Source of the DNA: a virus
Lineage: Duplodnaviria > Caudoviricetes
IMG/VR virus record: IMGVR_UViG_3300003375_000119
Location: 1-26,813 of that record
Reading direction: 5' to 3' (one strand)
DNA: 26,813 bases
A program made the position numbers and the translations under genes. Shown here one piece after another: positions 24,627 to 26,813 of this stretch (its first letter is position 1; each line of letters begins with the position of its first letter). The notes under the pieces are model-generated. The model saw only the letters and a program-made list of their open reading frames with translations. It was not told the origin of the DNA and did not search any database.

Positions 24627-25037
24627 ATGAAATACTTTAACAATGGCACGGACGTTCACGGTTACGACGAAACAGTTGAAACCGACGTCCCTTATATCGA
24701 CGCTGCAATTGCAGCAGGTTGGACAGATGTTACAGCAAGCTGGCCACCTGCACCACCTGCACCAACAGAGGCTGAAGTGATTGCGAGTTACCAAGCCGCT
24801 GTCCAGAATGAACTGGATGCGTATGCTGTCAGCATGAAATACGAAAGTATTTTGAGCATGGCATCCTATGCCAACAGCACAAACGACCAGTTCAAGGCAG
24901 AAGCACTGGCAGCACTGGCCTGGCGCGACAATGTGTGGTCATCCTGTTATGCCACCCTTGCCGCTGTGCAAGCTGGTACGCAGCCTATGCCCGTGTCCGT
25001 TGAAGCCTTTGTTGCAACTCTTCCGGCGCATCCATAA
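24627..25037 (+). CDS. Tail fibre assembly/chaperone-like protein
   Basis: Follows the fibre gene; AAGGA SD. Pattern VQNELDAYA...YESI.S..SYANS...FKAEA....AWRDNVW..CY. Confidence 0.7.
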   Translation: MKYFNNGTDVHGYDETVETDVPYIDAAIAAGWTDVTASWPPAPPAPTEAEVIASYQAAVQNELDAYAVSMKYESILSMASYANSTNDQFKAEALAALAWRDNVWSSCYATLAAVQAGTQPMPVSVEAFVATLPAHP

Positions 25038-25387
25038 TGAAAACCGCATTATTCCTCTGGGCCTTTTATATGGGGTTTGCTCTGTCCATTAGCGTTTACC
25101 GCCAGTGGCTCAAAGGAGTAATGAACCCGCTAAATAAATTCTTATTTGCGCCAGTATTGATTACGTTCTTCTTTTTGGACGTTATTATCAATTTCGGAAT
25201 TCTTTGGGTGTTAGGCACGCGCCCCGTCGGATGCCTAACGATATCTGAGCGTCTGCAGGTTTACCACACAAAGCTGAATTTGGACGGGATAATACCTTTT
25301 CAATCAAACCCAGCACAATATACAATTTCAAGGTTCGTTTGCGAGAAACTACTCAATACAATCGATCCTTCGGGTAATCATTGCTAA
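25037..25387 (+). CDS. Hypothetical membrane protein
   Basis: Two hydrophobic segments followed by TISERL...C..LLN.IDPSGNHC. Coupled by TAATG. Confidence 0.65.
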   Translation: MKTALFLWAFYMGFALSISVYRQWLKGVMNPLNKFLFAPVLITFFFLDVIINFGILWVLGTRPVGCLTISERLQVYHTKLNLDGIIPFQSNPAQYTISRFVCEKLLNTIDPSGNHC

Positions 25388-25401
25388 GAAGGACGCACAT
25401 T

Positions 25402-25674
25402 ATGGGAATTGAAACTGTGACATCTTCTGACTTTGAACGCCTAGAGGGCAAGATGGATAAGATGGCTACCGCTATTGAAAAACTTGTTCTTGTCGAGGAG
25501 CGCCAATCAAATCACAAGATCGAATTGGACAAACAAGCTGCTGCAATTATCAAGCTAGAAGAGTCGCTGGCTCGTCTGCATTCCAGAGTTGATAAGTATT
25601 CTTATCTTGCTTCGGGCGCTGCATTTATTGTAATGATAATGTTTGAAATTGCTCGGTTTATTTTCAAGGCTTAA
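25402..25674 (+). CDS. Putative holin/antiholin-like protein (coiled coil plus single C-terminal transmembrane segment)
   Basis: AAGGA SD before ATG 25402. Heptad-like RLEGKMDKMATAIEKL...LEESL followed by hydrophobic YLASGAAFIVMIMF. Directly upstream of the putative lysin. Confidence 0.55.
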   Translation: MGIETVTSSDFERLEGKMDKMATAIEKLVLVEERQSNHKIELDKQAAAIIKLEESLARLHSRVDKYSYLASGAAFIVMIMFEIARFIFKA

Positions 25675-25678
25675 CATC

Positions 25679-26068
25679 ATGGCATTCACTTTTGAACAAG
25701 CTACGGGGCGCATCCTTGATACCGATGGGAATGTGGTTGCCGTAGGTTACGCTGGCGGAAACTGCGGTAACAACCCAGCAGGCAAGAACAACCCAGCAGC
25801 GCAAGCAATGCCTGGCATAGGCCCGTTGCCGCAGGGACTCTATACCATTGGGGCACCTACCAACGATCACCCGCGCCTGGGGCCTTTTGCCATGCCCCTG
25901 ACCCCTGCACCAACGAACCAGATGTTCGGCCGTTCCGCGTTCTTCATGCACGGTGATACGACGCCTGGCGGTAACGCTTCGGAAGGTTGCGTCATTATGC
26001 CCCGCGCCATCCGCAACCTCATCTGGGCGAGTGGCGACCATTCCTTGCAAGTTGTTTCCGGAGAATAA
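25679..26068 (+). CDS. Tlde1/DUF2778-like L,D-transpeptidase-fold protein; putative endolysin
   Basis: Start at ATG 25679. Motifs GYAG, GPLPQGLYTI, FGRSAFFMHGD and ASEGCVI (His 25949, Cys 25988). Confidence 0.78.
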   Translation: MAFTFEQATGRILDTDGNVVAVGYAGGNCGNNPAGKNNPAAQAMPGIGPLPQGLYTIGAPTNDHPRLGPFAMPLTPAPTNQMFGRSAFFMHGDTTPGGNASEGCVIMPRAIRNLIWASGDHSLQVVSGE

Positions 26069-26070
26069 GC

Positions 26071-26682
26071 ATGTCATTCGACCTCAAAAGCGCAATCACA
26101 ACCATTGCCCCGACATTGGCGGCAATGATGGGTGGCCCGTTGCTGGGTACAGCGGTTACAGCGCTTGAGGGGGCTTGTGGGCTTACAACAGGCGCAGGGG
26201 CCGCGGGTATTACAGCAGTGATGCAAAGCGGCAGCATGACACCTGAAACGATTGCAGCGGTACGCATTGCAGACCAGAAGCACGCGGAAATCCTGGGGCA
26301 GCAGGGTATTGATATTTTGAAGTTGAACAAAGACTTCGACGCAGCACAAACGCAAGCCGTCATCGCTGACCGAATGGACGCACGCAAGAACAACAGCGGA
26401 CGCGAATCGGTCTGGAATCTTGCTTATGTAGTGCTGGCGACTTTTGCTTGCATTATGGCTGCGGTGCTCTACGGGTGCTGGGCAATCCTTCAAGGTGGTA
26501 TTACGGTGAAGGATGTGTCCGTAGTTGCTGCCGTGTCCGGTCTTGTTGGCGCAGTGGTGGGATACGTTGCCGCCAATGCGCAAACTGTGGTCAACTTCAT
26601 TTATGGTGGCTCGCTTGGCAGCGAGAAAAAGACGGACGCAATGTCCGCCGCGGTGCAGCAAGCTATTTCAACTCAGCGCTAG
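26071..26682 (+). CDS. Putative holin (APTL...GGP...DR..AR...two TM segments...F.YGGS.GS..K type)
   Basis: Start at ATG 26071 after GGAG. Two long C-terminal hydrophobic segments. Follows the putative lysin. Confidence 0.6.
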   Translation: MSFDLKSAITTIAPTLAAMMGGPLLGTAVTALEGACGLTTGAGAAGITAVMQSGSMTPETIAAVRIADQKHAEILGQQGIDILKLNKDFDAAQTQAVIADRMDARKNNSGRESVWNLAYVVLATFACIMAAVLYGCWAILQGGITVKDVSVVAAVSGLVGAVVGYVAANAQTVVNFIYGGSLGSEKKTDAMSAAVQQAISTQR

Positions 26683-26813
26683 GCTTCTTGCAGATTTCTT
26701 TCGCGGTGCCTTTGTAATCAGGCCATCCTAGATGTGGGCTTGCGTTGAACGCAAGAACCATTGTGCAATAAACGTCGTCATCTGCTTTGCTTACCTGCGC
26801 ATCCCGCCAAGCC
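26663..26813 (-). CDS. 3' end of a convergent small hypothetical phage protein (partial; absent from the ORF track)
   Basis: Open minus-strand frame from 26812 to TAG at 26665-26663: AWRDAQVSKADDDVYCTMVLAFNASPHLGWPDYKGTAKEICKKPSAELK. The YC.MV...GWPDY...C pattern resembles small phage proteins I recall. Confidence 0.55.
   Translation of the reverse strand, partial: AWRDAQVSKADDDVYCTMVLAFNASPHLGWPDYKGTAKEICKKPSAELK

Noticed and set aside
21383-25037. Diversity-generating retroelement or invertible tail-fibre cassette
   Set aside because: I saw no reverse transcriptase, invertase, duplicated fibre tip or near-identical nucleotide repeat. The tailspike repeats are old and diverged.
26739-26755. 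Inverted repeat CTTGCGTT-G-AACGCAAG as a terminator or operator
   Set aside because: It has no U-tract and lies inside the probable minus-strand CDS. It could be a binding site but nothing supports that.
1-26813. CRISPR array, tRNA/rRNA, IS element, intron or intein
   Set aside because: I noticed no spaced repeats, RNA-gene signatures, transposase or homing-endonuclease motifs. Intergenic gaps are under about 100 nt.

Overview
The window is the virion morphogenesis and lysis operon of a contractile-tailed (myovirus-type) phage or prophage with the DUF1073 portal / MuF / DUF2213 protease / DUF2184 capsid / DUF3383 sheath / DUF3277 tube / baseplate-J layout. Nearly all genes are on the + strand and tightly packed, many with overlapping stop and start codons. 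The order runs from a 5'-truncated terminase through head, neck, tail, baseplate, an SGNH tailspike, a tail fibre and a lysis cassette to the 3' end of a convergent minus-strand gene. No integrase, repressor, RNA gene or CRISPR array is visible, so lifestyle and host cannot be called. Family assignments come from recognised motifs and gene order, not from database searches. The strongest candidate for an undescribed system is a capsid cargo-loading and processing code. Three otherwise unrelated ORFs inserted among the head and neck genes begin with M-x-I-H-I-H-(I/L), echoing H-V-H-V-H inside the scaffold. A fourth small ORF resembles the scaffold's C-terminal motif. A recurring (R/K)-D-(A/S) motif marks module boundaries in a five-module putative polyprotein, the portal-Nudix junction, the scaffold and the capsid-protein leader. 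I infer small proteins that are packaged into the prohead, cut free by the prohead protease and possibly injected, analogous to the T4 internal proteins. Other unusual points are two signal-peptide proteins inside the head module, a nested scaffold start, a -1 frameshift in the tail chaperone and a Tlde1/DUF2778-like enzyme in the endolysin position.
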